Shown piece after piece: positions 26,822-36,899 of a DNA stretch of 64,000 nucleotides; position 1 is the first letter of the stretch, and every line of letters begins with the position of its first letter. The DNA is from Spirochaetia bacterium. GTDB lineage: Bacteria; Spirochaetota; Leptospiria; Turneriellales; JAOUOS01. The notes under the pieces are model-generated. The model ran no database searches. It was given only the letters and a program-made list of their open reading frames with translations, and was not told the DNA's origin. Position numbers and translations under genes: made by a program. The stretch is taken from contig JAOUOS010000009.1 in the NCBI GenBank assembly GCA_029880285.1, forward strand, positions 871 through 64,870, given 5' to 3'.

Positions 26822-27912
26822 AGTTTATAAAATTCCTTTAATGCTAAAAATAATTTTTTACTTTCAACTGGTTTTGGTAAAAGATATTGGCCAATATCTT
26901 TCAACATAACAAAATATATCTCTTCTTTTTTATTTTTTTTATCTTTTTTCATTAATTCTAAAAGTTCTTCTGCCTTTGGTTTCTTTTGCCCCGGTAAATT
27001 TGAAATATTTTTATTTAATTTTAAATTTGTTAAGATATCAATAATTCTATGGTATTTTTTCTCTTCTAAAATTCCCTGTCTATAAGAAAAAAAAGCCGCA
27101 AAAGAAAGACCAATGGATACTGCTTCGCCGTGATTTATATACTTATAATTATACCAGCTTTCTATAGCATGGGCAAGAGTATGCCCCAGATTTAAAATTC
27201 CGCGTAAAAGATTTTCTTTTTCATCTTTTTCAACCACAGCCGCCTTAACTAATACGCTTTCTTTTGAAAGTAAATTCATAATATTTATATTCTTATTTAA
27301 TATATTCTCTACGTTTTTTTCAAGAAAGCTGAAAAATACTTTATTCATAATAAGAGCAGATTTAACCGCTTCTGCCAATCCGCAGTTTATTTCTCTTTTG
27401 GGCAAAGTTTTTAAAAATTCACAGCAGATGAATACAGCCTTAGGCTGATAAAAAGTACCCGCCATGTTTTTACCTTGTGAAAGATTTACGCCTGTTTTGC
27501 CCCCCACAGAAGAATCTACCATTGCCAGTAAAGTTGTGGGAACTTGAACAAATGAAATACCCCGCGCGTAAATAGAAGCGGCAAAACCGGTAATATCGCC
27601 TATTACCCCGCCCCCAAAAGCAATCAAAAGAGAATCTCTGTTAAAATTTTCTTTTAAAAGTTTTTCACTTATTTCTTCAATGGTTTTTATCCTCTTTGTT
27701 TTTTCGCCGTCAGGTAATATAATGAGTAATGAATTTTTAAATAGATTATTTATTTCTTTTTTATAAATGCCATATATTTTTGTGTTGGTTATAACAGCTG
27801 TTTTTCTGCCTTCTGTGAATTTTTCAATATCTTTTTTTAAAGATAGTATCAAATCTTGCCATATTACTGAATAGCTGTTTTCACCTAAATTTACTTTAAT
27901 TTGATCTTTCAC
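26818..27912 (-). CDS. aroB: 3-dehydroquinate synthase
   Basis: GGGVIGD, PTTLLAMVDSSVGGKTGVN, LNLGHT, HGEAV. Confidence 0.97.
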   Translation of the reverse strand: MKDQIKVNLGENSYSVIWQDLILSLKKDIEKFTEGRKTAVITNTKIYGIYKKEINNLFKNSLLIILPDGEKTKRIKTIEEISEKLLKENFNRDSLLIAFGGGVIGDITGFAASIYARGISFVQVPTTLLAMVDSSVGGKTGVNLSQGKNMAGTFYQPKAVFICCEFLKTLPKREINCGLAEAVKSALIMNKVFFSFLEKNVENILNKNINIMNLLSKESVLVKAAVVEKDEKENLLRGILNLGHTLAHAIESWYNYKYINHGEAVSIGLSFAAFFSYRQGILEEKKYHRIIDILTNLKLNKNISNLPGQKKPKAEELLELMKKDKKNKKEEIYFVMLKDIGQYLLPKPVESKKLFLALKEFYKL

Positions 27913-28077
27913 TTAATTCAGCTTTCATTTTACTTTCTGGATGTAAAATAGATTTTTCACTTTTACTTTCTATTTTTATTAAATTTATATTTACACCATA
28001 AATATTTTATATTTTCTGCGCATACAAAGAATAATAAAAGTTTTATGCTTTTATTATTATAATTACATTCACATCTT

Positions 28078-28150
28078 GGCCAGATAGCTCAGTCGGTAGA
28101 GCAGGGGACTGAAAATCCCCGTGTCGGGAGTTCGAATCTCTCTCTGGCCA
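28078..28150 (+). tRNA. tRNA-Phe(GAA), CCA not encoded
   Basis: GGCCAGA/TCTGGCC acceptor stem, D arm AGCTCAGTCGGTAGAGC, anticodon arm GGGGA-CTGAAAA-TCCCC, TTCGAAT T-loop. Confidence 0.97.
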
Positions 28151-28157
28151 ATATTTC

Positions 28158-28622
28158 TTACTCAAAAGCAATTTGTACAATATTTGAATGAAAAGATTCC
28201 CTTTCGCCGTCAAAAGCGGTTACTGTAAAATAATAGACACCCGCCCCTTCATAATAATTTTCTATATAATCTTCAAATGAAAACTCGCGATTTTTACTTT
28301 CATTTTTATCCCAAATATATACAATATCTTCATCTAAATAGTATGCCTCGGGCAATAATTTATAATAACAGTATACAAAATATGTTGAAACGGGTAAATT
28401 TGTATCAGGATCAATTGATTCGGTCCATTGTATTGATATATTTTCAGTGTTATAACTTAACTCGGGAGTTAGCGGTTTTTCGCCGCCGGCAATATTCGCG
28501 TTGTCTTTATAATAATCTTCACTAATAGGATCACTTAAAGAACAAAAATTAATAAAAACAATAATTAATAATAATTGAATATATTTTATTTTTTTAAACC
28601 GGAAAAAAAATAATATTTTCAT
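28158..28622 (-). CDS. Hypothetical lipoprotein with fibronectin type III-like domain
   Basis: Lipobox-like INFC, ISIQWTESIDPD...YYFTVTAFD...ES.HSN. Confidence 0.65.
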   Translation of the reverse strand: MKILFFFRFKKIKYIQLLLIIVFINFCSLSDPISEDYYKDNANIAGGEKPLTPELSYNTENISIQWTESIDPDTNLPVSTYFVYCYYKLLPEAYYLDEDIVYIWDKNESKNREFSFEDYIENYYEGAGVYYFTVTAFDGERESFHSNIVQIAFE

Positions 28623-29167
28623 TTTTCTATGATACCATATTTTACTATGTTTTTATTAACTAAAAACGCGTTAGTAATAATTCGGTTGTTGTGAATAATA
28701 TACCCCGATTCTAATAAAATTCCCGCTTTATTAATATATTCTTTTGTTTTTTTAATATCACTTTGAAACATATAAGTTAAAGCAATGTTATTATAATATT
28801 TTGCCATTAATTCTATGTCATTAGAAATTTTATTAATTTCTTCTAATAATAATTTTCCCGCTTCACTTTTTTTGCCTTCTAATAAAAAATGATAACTTTT
28901 TTTTAAGTAGTTATCATCACAAAAAACATACAAAATATTTTCTTCTGTAAATGATGAATCTGCTTTATTTTCCCACGGTGCCTCGGCAGGATTAACTCTA
29001 TCATTTACTTTAGCTTCTGCCTTATAATATTGGTAAGGCAGAGGAACCATATACTGAAAGCGCAGTTTCTTAGGAGACATTGCGCAAAAAATAAAATTAA
29101 AAAAAATGATCAATAAAACATTTATTTTTAATAAAAAAAACCAGTTAATATACATTTTATTTTTCAT
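28619..29167 (-). CDS. Hypothetical TPR-containing lipoprotein
   Basis: FIFC signal end, AKYYNNIALTY TPR-like helix. Confidence 0.6.
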   Translation of the reverse strand: MKNKMYINWFFLLKINVLLIIFFNFIFCAMSPKKLRFQYMVPLPYQYYKAEAKVNDRVNPAEAPWENKADSSFTEENILYVFCDDNYLKKSYHFLLEGKKSEAGKLLLEEINKISNDIELMAKYYNNIALTYMFQSDIKKTKEYINKAGILLESGYIIHNNRIITNAFLVNKNIVKYGIIEK

Positions 29168-29224
29168 TTTTTATTGTCTAAAGGGTTTAGGTTGACAGTG
29201 TGTCAAATAAAACAGTTTGAATTC

Positions 29225-29737
29225 ATGCGGTTGTTTGTCGGTTTGGGTAATCCGGGTAAAAAATATATTCATACTCGCCATAACGCGGGTTCCATTATTC
29301 TTCAAAAAATAACTGAATCTTGTAAATTTCATGAAAACAAAAACTTAAAAGCAATTTACGGTTCTATTGAACTTAAAGATACAAAAATTATATTCCTTTT
29401 TCCATTAACTTTTATGAATTTATCGGGTGAAAGTGTTTTAGCCGCTTTAAAATATTTCAATCTTAATATTAATGATACTGTTGTTTTTCATGATGAAATT
29501 GAACTGCCCGAAGGCTCTCTTAGATACAAACTTGGCGGCGGACACAAGGGCCATAACGGCTTGAGAAATATTATACAAAAATGCGGAGGTGACTTTCATA
29601 GAATAAGAATAGGCGTAGGCCGCCCTGCTGATGATAGAATATCAGTGGCCGATTATGTGCTTATGCCGTCTGATTTAAGTTTTTTGCCCGATAAAAATGC
29701 GGTAGAAAGATTACTAGAAAATCATAAATTATGGTAA
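29225..29737 (+). CDS. pth: Peptidyl-tRNA hydrolase
   Basis: VGLGNPG, TRHNAG, TFMNLSG, HDE, GGHKGHNG. Start moved to the ATG at 29225. Confidence 0.96.
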   Translation: MRLFVGLGNPGKKYIHTRHNAGSIILQKITESCKFHENKNLKAIYGSIELKDTKIIFLFPLTFMNLSGESVLAALKYFNLNINDTVVFHDEIELPEGSLRYKLGGGHKGHNGLRNIIQKCGGDFHRIRIGVGRPADDRISVADYVLMPSDLSFLPDKNAVERLLENHKLW

Positions 29738-29868
29738 AGATAAGCCTTTGGCAATTGAACTTGCCACGTTGGGGCTGTCAGGGTTAACTGTAACTTTGCA
29801 TAAAGAAAGACTGGTGGTCGGGATAGACATCTTTTTTATTAATATACTGTTTATTATTATTAAAAATA

Positions 29869-31335
29869 TCACTCCCCGGCGAACCGTACTAAAAATATTT
29901 TCTTTCTATCATATTCTTCAAGAACTTGGGGTAAAAAAATAATAAGTTCATCTTTTCCTGCGGGGTTAGTTACTGTTTTTAAAATACCATAGCTGGGCAC
30001 ATTAATATTCTGCCAGAATTCAACATCATGAGAATTATCGCCTTTGTATATGGCCATCTCACGAAGCGTGTGCCCCAGTACAAAATCGGTATTTGAATCT
30101 GCGTTAAAATCACCCGTGGTAAAACCGGGAAAAAGACTACCCTCTGCGTCAAATGAAAGAGAAACATTATTTTCTTCAACTATTTGTTTATTTTCAATAG
30201 ATAAAAAAGCGGCGTTAATTAAAATTTTTCTTCTTACAATATAGTTTATAAAAAATGTAACCCCCGGATCTATAGTTGGTATAATTAATTTTTTTTTCAT
30301 ATTAAACGAAGCCACAAGAGGTGAAAAAAACCCGCCCTGCTGTATAAAGAATGTTTTATTGCTTGAATCAGGAATAAAGTTTTTACCCCAAAAAACAAAT
30401 ATCTCGGTTCTTATTTTTAATCCCAACCCTTTTATTATTGAAAATATTAAATCTGGATTATTGTCATTATTTAAATCATCAACTTCAACGTAAGAAGCGT
30501 ATACTTCTGAAAGTTCAACAGGAAACACCCGTAAAATTGTTTGGTTAAAAGGCATAATATTATTTTTTTGCAATTGGCTCAAATAAAAGTAAACCTTGTT
30601 TTCGGTGCGGCAGTACGCATCTAATATGGTATCGTTATTTAAGTCTTTAAAATAAAGTCTGGGTATAAAAGACTGCGCCCTAACCGTGTTAGACCTTCTA
30701 TCAGAATTTTTCCATACTCTGTCTGAAAATTTACTTATAAAATCAAAAGGCATAACCGATTTTTTAATATATCTGCCCAAATTATTTTCAAAAAAATAAA
30801 ATTTTCCAACACCGGGCAATATTAAATCAAAATCTTTATCGTTATCAATGTCAGCGCCAAGAGTAATTCTTTCGACATTTACCGTGTAGTAAGGCGCGAA
30901 AAAATATTCTTTAATATTTATTTTTTCACGTTTTATAAAGTTTGAATTATTATTTTGATATCTTACAAAAACCCCTTCAGGACCAAATTCAATTAAATCA
31001 TCATATCCATCGCCGTTTATATCACCAAAATCAAAAGCCGAAATGTTTTTTGAAAAACGAATAGCGCTTGAAATTATAAAATCTTTGTTTAGTATCGTAA
31101 TTGTTCTTTCAAATACCGCGAAATATGAATTATCTTCGCCTGAAAAAAAAGATCCTGCTGTCTCAGGTATAAAAGACAAAGTAGTTTCAAAAACATGGGC
31201 TTCTTTTGAATTCGCGATTAGAGATTGAATTATACCCAAACCAAAAAAAATAAAAATATAAAAATATTTTTTATTTATATAAAACGCCACCATAAAGCGC
31301 CGCCAAAATATTTTCATAGAATTAAATTTTTTCAA
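29869..31335 (-). CDS. FG-GAP/VCBS-repeat exported protein
   Basis: GDINGDGYDD, ADIDNDKDFD, DLNNDNNPD, GDFNADSNTD. Confidence 0.85.
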   Translation of the reverse strand: MKKFNSMKIFWRRFMVAFYINKKYFYIFIFFGLGIIQSLIANSKEAHVFETTLSFIPETAGSFFSGEDNSYFAVFERTITILNKDFIISSAIRFSKNISAFDFGDINGDGYDDLIEFGPEGVFVRYQNNNSNFIKREKINIKEYFFAPYYTVNVERITLGADIDNDKDFDLILPGVGKFYFFENNLGRYIKKSVMPFDFISKFSDRVWKNSDRRSNTVRAQSFIPRLYFKDLNNDTILDAYCRTENKVYFYLSQLQKNNIMPFNQTILRVFPVELSEVYASYVEVDDLNNDNNPDLIFSIIKGLGLKIRTEIFVFWGKNFIPDSSNKTFFIQQGGFFSPLVASFNMKKKLIIPTIDPGVTFFINYIVRRKILINAAFLSIENKQIVEENNVSLSFDAEGSLFPGFTTGDFNADSNTDFVLGHTLREMAIYKGDNSHDVEFWQNINVPSYGILKTVTNPAGKDELIIFLPQVLEEYDRKKIFLVRFAGE

Positions 31336-33565
31336 GCTTTGTGTATTTTAAAAGAAATTTTCTCGATTTATTATCTTCAAAAAAAATATGAATTTTAGAA
31401 GCCTCGCCTGTTCCTTCTAAACGCAAAATTCTGCCCCTGCCAAAATTAGGATGTCTTATTTTATCACCTGGTTTATAAAGACTGTTAAAAGAACTTGAAG
31501 TTTCAGTTTTATCTTTGCTAAAATCTTTTAAATTTATCATATTAGGAAATTTAGGCGCCGTATTATAGCTCTTTTTCTCATAAAAAGAAGTAGATGATAT
31601 TTCTTCTTCAGTTTGCATAAAACATCCGGGTATTTCTAATAGAAATTGTGAGGGTTCTGAAACCTGCCTGTATCCCATTTTAAATCGTGTTTGCGCGCGT
31701 GTTAAGTATAGCCTGTTTTTTGCTCTGGTAACGGCTACATAAAAAAGACGCCTTTCTTCACTGCAAGAACCGTCTTTTTTAGCCAAATAATGAGGAAAAA
31801 CATCTTCATCCATGCCGGTTAAGATAACCGTATCAAATTCAAGACCCTTGGCGTTATGAACTGTCATTAAATTTACTCGGGGTTTATTATCTAAATCGCC
31901 CGATTCTTCTGCCGATGTATAAAGACTTATATTTTGAAGATAATCGGCTAAAGTTGAATTTTTATTTTCAAGCTGAAAACGAAGTAAAGACTCTTTTAGT
32001 TCGCGTAAATTTTCCTTGCGGCTTGAACCTAAAAGTCTGTCTTCTTCTTCATACATTTTTCCTAAACCGCTTTTTTCTAAAATATCTTCAAGCAGAAAAC
32101 CAAAGTCTATGTGATTTTTTATTTTTTTATTTAGATCATTTGTCCAGTTATATAAATTTTTAACTTCTATCTCGGCTTTTTTGCTTAAACCTAACGATGA
32201 TATCTCATTTAATACCATTAAAAAATCAGCCGTACTGCCCAATTTAGACTGCAATTTTTCACGCGCTTCATATAATTTTTGTATTGATTTTTCGCCAATA
32301 CCACGAGATGGATTGTTTATTAATCTTAAAAAAGAAGCCTCATCAAACGGATTTATTAAAAACCTAAAGTACGATAAAACATCTTTAACTTCTTTTCTGG
32401 CAAAAAACGAAACCGCGCCAAATATTCTGTAAGGAATTTTCATCTCTAGAAAGGCTTCTTCAAAAAGACGCGATTGTGAGTTCGTGCGGTACAAAACAGC
32501 AATTTCATCGGGTGAAATATTTTTAACAAAAGAGCTTACCATGGCTGCCGTACTGTAAGCTTCTTCATTATCACCTTTTAATAATTTTAAATGCGGATTT
32601 ACGCCTTCTTTTTTAGCTGTCCAAAGTTTTTTAGGCATTCTATCTTCGTTTTTTGAAATTACATGGTTCGCTAAATCTAAAATAGGCTGTGTAGAACGAT
32701 AGTTTTGCTCTAATTTAACAATTTTAGCGTCTTTAAAATCAGATTGAAATTCAAGAATATTAGTTACATCCGCACCCCTCCAACCGTATATTGCCTGATC
32801 ATCATCGCCTACAACACATAAGTTCTTATTTTTAGACGATAACAATTGAATTAAAGTATACTGCGCGTGGTTTGTATCTTGATATTCGTCTACTAAAAAA
32901 TACTGGTATTTGTTTTGAACGGTTTCTAACGCTTCAGGAAATTTTTGAAATATTTTTACCACCATAAATATAAGATCAGCAAAATCTACGGCAAGTGAAT
33001 TTTGTTTTTGAATTTCATAAAGTCTATAAATGTCAGGAAGAATTTCGCCAAATTCATACGCGTCAAGATCTATTTCACCTGACAGCTCTTCGGGTGAAAT
33101 AAGCATATCTTTAAATGATGAAATTGTCTGTGAAAAATATTTAATTTGCGTTTTATTAAATTTTTCAGTAAAATTAGCTGATACAAGTTTTTCAATAGCC
33201 CCTTTTTGATCTGTGTCATCCCAGATAGTAAAACCCGAAGGATAGTTAATATAATGAGCATTTTGTCTTAAAAAATAAAGGCCTAAAGAATGATAAGTTC
33301 TTATAAGACAATCTGAGGCCATAGGTCCGGCGATACTTAAAGTTCTTTCAAGCATTTCTTGGGCGGCCTTATTGGTAAATGTTACAGCGGCTATTTTATA
33401 TGCAGGTATTTTTTTCTCATGCAGAAGATAAGCAATGCGGTGAACAATAACTCTTGTTTTACCGCTGCCGGCTCCCGCTAAAATCAAAAGAGGTCCTTCT
33501 GTATGCGTTACAGCCTCTTTTTGTTCTGTATTTAAATTTTCGAGTATTTCTTCGGCAAAACTCAT
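31322..33565 (-). CDS. pcrA: ATP-dependent DNA helicase PcrA/UvrD
   Basis: AGAGSGKT, VDEYQDTN, VGDDDQAIYGWRGA, MTVHNAKGLEF, EERRLFYVAVTRA, C-terminal Tudor-like domain. Confidence 0.93.
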   Translation of the reverse strand: MSFAEEILENLNTEQKEAVTHTEGPLLILAGAGSGKTRVIVHRIAYLLHEKKIPAYKIAAVTFTNKAAQEMLERTLSIAGPMASDCLIRTYHSLGLYFLRQNAHYINYPSGFTIWDDTDQKGAIEKLVSANFTEKFNKTQIKYFSQTISSFKDMLISPEELSGEIDLDAYEFGEILPDIYRLYEIQKQNSLAVDFADLIFMVVKIFQKFPEALETVQNKYQYFLVDEYQDTNHAQYTLIQLLSSKNKNLCVVGDDDQAIYGWRGADVTNILEFQSDFKDAKIVKLEQNYRSTQPILDLANHVISKNEDRMPKKLWTAKKEGVNPHLKLLKGDNEEAYSTAAMVSSFVKNISPDEIAVLYRTNSQSRLFEEAFLEMKIPYRIFGAVSFFARKEVKDVLSYFRFLINPFDEASFLRLINNPSRGIGEKSIQKLYEAREKLQSKLGSTADFLMVLNEISSLGLSKKAEIEVKNLYNWTNDLNKKIKNHIDFGFLLEDILEKSGLGKMYEEEDRLLGSSRKENLRELKESLLRFQLENKNSTLADYLQNISLYTSAEESGDLDNKPRVNLMTVHNAKGLEFDTVILTGMDEDVFPHYLAKKDGSCSEERRLFYVAVTRAKNRLYLTRAQTRFKMGYRQVSEPSQFLLEIPGCFMQTEEEISSTSFYEKKSYNTAPKFPNMINLKDFSKDKTETSSSFNSLYKPGDKIRHPNFGRGRILRLEGTGEASKIHIFFEDNKSRKFLLKYTKLEKI

Positions 33566-33695
33566 ATAACTTTAAGCTGATAATGAAATGAATTTCAATT
33601 TACAAGCTTCTAACAAGGCTGTTTTATATGAAATAATACATAGCGGCTGTAAAGTAAAAAAATATTTTTATGTGTTTCTTTTTTAATTTTTTCGT

Positions 33696-33729
33696 TTGAC
33701 AAAGTTTCAAAACAATATATTATGTCACA
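33696..33729 (+). promoter_or_regulatory. Putative sigma70 promoter of the AI-2E/ftsQAZ operon
   Basis: TTGACA-N16-TATTAT followed by GTCACA. Confidence 0.5.
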
Positions 33730-33775
33730 TTTAATATTATAGATAAAATGAAAATACAAAATTTTAACATAAACC

Positions 33776-34855
33776 ATGGATATCAAAAAAAAATATAACT
33801 TTTTAGATATCAGCCGCTTGTTGCCATGGTTGTTTCTTGTTATTTTTACTTTTTTTCTTGTTATGGTAGTTATAATCTACCGTTCATATTTAATTTCTTT
33901 ATTTTTTTCTATTATTTTATATTTAATTTTTAGACAATATCACAATTTTTTAAGCAAATATCTGCCCCAAAAAGAGAATTTAAATGCGTTATTATCTACA
34001 TTATTTGTATTTATTGCTGTTATATTGCCTTTACTTTTTATTGCAATTTCTTTAATTAAAGAAGCGCAAATTGCTGTAACACATCTTAAAATTCTGTTAA
34101 GTATGAAAAACATAGAAGAATTTTACGCAAATAATTTATGGATTAAAGACTGGACATCTATAGAAATAGCCGATCTTCACAACCTTCAAAGCCGTATTGT
34201 TGAACTTTTAAAGGGAGTTGGTTTAGTCGTTTTTGAAAAAACAAAAGATATTCTTCAGGGATCACTTAAGTTTATAATTAACTTTTTATTATCTATTGTT
34301 TTCTTATTTTTCTTATTTAGAGGCGGCGAGAAAATAGGCGAAATCATATATCAAAATTTACCCTTCCCTCAAGATATGGAACGTCAAATTGGTGAACGTA
34401 TTTTTGGAGTTTTAGATGCCGTGGTAAAAGGCAACCTTTTTGTGTCTATATGCCAGGGTTTAATGATGGGTATTTACTTTTGGATATTTAATCTTTCTAC
34501 GCCTGTTTTGTATGGTTCTTTGGCTGCTTTTTTCGCGCTTGTACCGGTTGTAGGTACTATGATAATTTGGGTACCGGCTGTTATTTATTTATACGCTGCC
34601 GGATATACTATATCTGCTTTTCTTTTAGCCGGTTTTAGTTTTGGCACTTATTTTCTTCTTGAAAATATTCTTAAACCATATCTTCTTGATAAAAAATTAA
34701 ATTTACACCCGTTATTTTTATTTTTAGCTTTATTAGGCGGTTTAACAGAGTTTGGCATTAAAGGATTAATTTTAGGACCTTTTATCGTAACTGTTTTTTT
34801 AACACTATGGGAATTTTTAAGAATTTGGAACAAGGAGTATGGTAACATTGGATAA
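33776..34855 (+). CDS. AI-2E family transporter
   Basis: Multi-TM, LVPVVGT, ENILKP, LHP...GGLTEFGIKGLILGP. Confidence 0.92.
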   Translation: MDIKKKYNFLDISRLLPWLFLVIFTFFLVMVVIIYRSYLISLFFSIILYLIFRQYHNFLSKYLPQKENLNALLSTLFVFIAVILPLLFIAISLIKEAQIAVTHLKILLSMKNIEEFYANNLWIKDWTSIEIADLHNLQSRIVELLKGVGLVVFEKTKDILQGSLKFIINFLLSIVFLFFLFRGGEKIGEIIYQNLPFPQDMERQIGERIFGVLDAVVKGNLFVSICQGLMMGIYFWIFNLSTPVLYGSLAAFFALVPVVGTMIIWVPAVIYLYAAGYTISAFLLAGFSFGTYFLLENILKPYLLDKKLNLHPLFLFLALLGGLTEFGIKGLILGPFIVTVFLTLWEFLRIWNKEYGNIG

Positions 34856-35633
34856 AAGAAAAATATTACTGCTTTCTGGCTCATTATTTTCTTTAGCCGG
34901 ATTCTTCGCTCTTCTTTATTTTTTTTATTTTTTAAAACCATCAGGTACAGGATGGGATATTGTTATTAAGGGCTGTAAACATTTGAAAGACCAAGAATTA
35001 AAAGAGACCGTACTTTACCTTATTCAAACTGAAAAAAAAGGTGTATCGGCAGAACAAATTAAAGACACTTTAATATTAAACCCGAGAATTAAAGATGCCT
35101 TTGTAAAAATACGTCCCGGAAAGAAAATTTTAATTGAACTAACTGAAAAAGAAACAGTTTACGCTGCCATCTCAAATACATCCGGCATTTCTGTTTTTAA
35201 AGAATATGATATAAACGACAATCTGATGTCAGAATCTGATTTATCAGAAAATATTCTATATATAGATTCTAAAGTTCCTATTTTCTATTTGACCGTACCA
35301 AAAGAAAATAAAATGTATGCACAAGAATTAAAAAGAGACATAATTAAGCTATGGCAGAAAACTAAAGATAAATATGGATTTATATGGCAGAGAATAAGTG
35401 AAATTGAAATTTCGTCTGTCAATAAAAACCATAGCATTTTTAATATTTATTCAGCCGACTTACCAGCGCGTATAATATTAGAAATGGAACCAAATGAAAA
35501 GATGCTGCAAAGGCTATGGTCAGTTTTTTATATGCTTGAAAAACAAAAAGCCAATAAATGGTATGATATAGAAATTTACCAGCATTACGCTGTAACAAGA
35601 ACACGTGACTTTATGGCATTTGCCGGTGGATAA
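34839..35633 (+). CDS. ftsQ: Cell division protein FtsQ-like
   Basis: Single N-terminal TM plus POTRA-like region (NPRIKDAFV..RPGKKILIEL.E), directly upstream of ftsA. Confidence 0.75.
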   Translation: MVTLDKRKILLLSGSLFSLAGFFALLYFFYFLKPSGTGWDIVIKGCKHLKDQELKETVLYLIQTEKKGVSAEQIKDTLILNPRIKDAFVKIRPGKKILIELTEKETVYAAISNTSGISVFKEYDINDNLMSESDLSENILYIDSKVPIFYLTVPKENKMYAQELKRDIIKLWQKTKDKYGFIWQRISEIEISSVNKNHSIFNIYSADLPARIILEMEPNEKMLQRLWSVFYMLEKQKANKWYDIEIYQHYAVTRTRDFMAFAGG

Positions 35634-35639
35634 AAAAAT

Positions 35640-36863
35640 ATGGAAAAAAATGAAAGAATAATTACAGCTATCGATCTTGGTTCTTCAAAAACTACGGCTT
35701 TGACAGCAAGAGTTTTAAGTTCAGAAGAAGTAGAACTTATAGGTATTGGAGTATCTAATATCGTTGGCGTAAAAGCAGGTGCTGTTACTAATATTGAGCA
35801 GACAGTCAGAGGAATAAAAGAAGCTGTTGAAGAGGCTGAGTTGATGTCTGGCGCGAATATAAGCAATGTAATTATCAATATTTCGGGAAAACACGTAAAA
35901 GGCGATAATTCAACAGGAGTTATTGCTATAACAAATAAAGAAAGAATTGTAACTCAGCACGATATTCTTAGGGTTATTGACGCTGCTCAGGCAATTAGAA
36001 TACCGGCAGATCAAGAGATTTTGCATGTTCTCTCAAGAGAATTTCGCGTAGATGATCAAAACGGTATAAAAGACCCAACAGGAATGGTTGGCGTAAGGCT
36101 TGAGTCAGAAGTACATATTGTAACTGGCAGTATAACACATATACAAAATACTGAAAAAGCTGTGAATGAAGCAGGCGTTTCTGTTACCGATAGAGTTTTA
36201 AGTTCTTTAGCAAGTAGCCATTCTTTTTTATCAGAAGGCGAAAAAGAATTAGGAGTGGCTATAGTAGATATAGGGGCCGGCGTTATGGATTTAATAATCT
36301 ATATTGACGGCGGTGTTTCATACACCTCTACAATTTGTATAGGCAGCCAGCATTTAACACAAGATATATCTATCGGATTAAAAACGCCAATTGAAGCGGC
36401 AGAGCTGATAAAAAAAAGAGAAGGTTATGCCATTGCCGCTGAAATTGATCCTGCTGAAATTGTCGAGGTTCCTTCGGTTGGCGACAGACCACCGAGAGTT
36501 GTTCCTCGAAAAGATCTCGCTGAAATTATGGAAGCCCGAATTCGCGAGATTCTAGAGCTAATAGACCATGAATTAATAAAATCCGGAAAAAAAGGGATAT
36601 TAGCAGGCGGTATAGTTTTTACAGGAGGAGGTTCTCTTGTAGAGGGACTAATACCGTTAGCTGAAGAGACGCTTCAACTTGGAGCTTCTTTAGGGTTTCC
36701 AAAGGGATTGTTGGGGATTACAGATAAAATATCTTCGCCGATATTTTCTACTGCCGTAGGAATGATACGATACGCGGCAAAATACGGCAGGGTAGATCAA
36801 AAAAGTTCAATGGGTAAAGGTATTTTATCAAAAATGAAATATTGGATTCAAGAAAATCTTTAA
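35640..36863 (+). CDS. ftsA: Cell division protein FtsA
   Basis: AIDLGSSK, EKELGVAIVDIGAG, VFTGGGS. Confidence 0.97.
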   Translation: MEKNERIITAIDLGSSKTTALTARVLSSEEVELIGIGVSNIVGVKAGAVTNIEQTVRGIKEAVEEAELMSGANISNVIINISGKHVKGDNSTGVIAITNKERIVTQHDILRVIDAAQAIRIPADQEILHVLSREFRVDDQNGIKDPTGMVGVRLESEVHIVTGSITHIQNTEKAVNEAGVSVTDRVLSSLASSHSFLSEGEKELGVAIVDIGAGVMDLIIYIDGGVSYTSTICIGSQHLTQDISIGLKTPIEAAELIKKREGYAIAAEIDPAEIVEVPSVGDRPPRVVPRKDLAEIMEARIREILELIDHELIKSGKKGILAGGIVFTGGGSLVEGLIPLAEETLQLGASLGFPKGLLGITDKISSPIFSTAVGMIRYAAKYGRVDQKSSMGKGILSKMKYWIQENL

Positions 36864-36899
36864 TAATAAGGGTTTTTTTACGAAGCAAATGGAGGTAAT

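Noticed and set aside
28078-28200. tRNA-Phe as an integration site
   Set aside because: No integrase and no duplicated tRNA 3' end seen in the window
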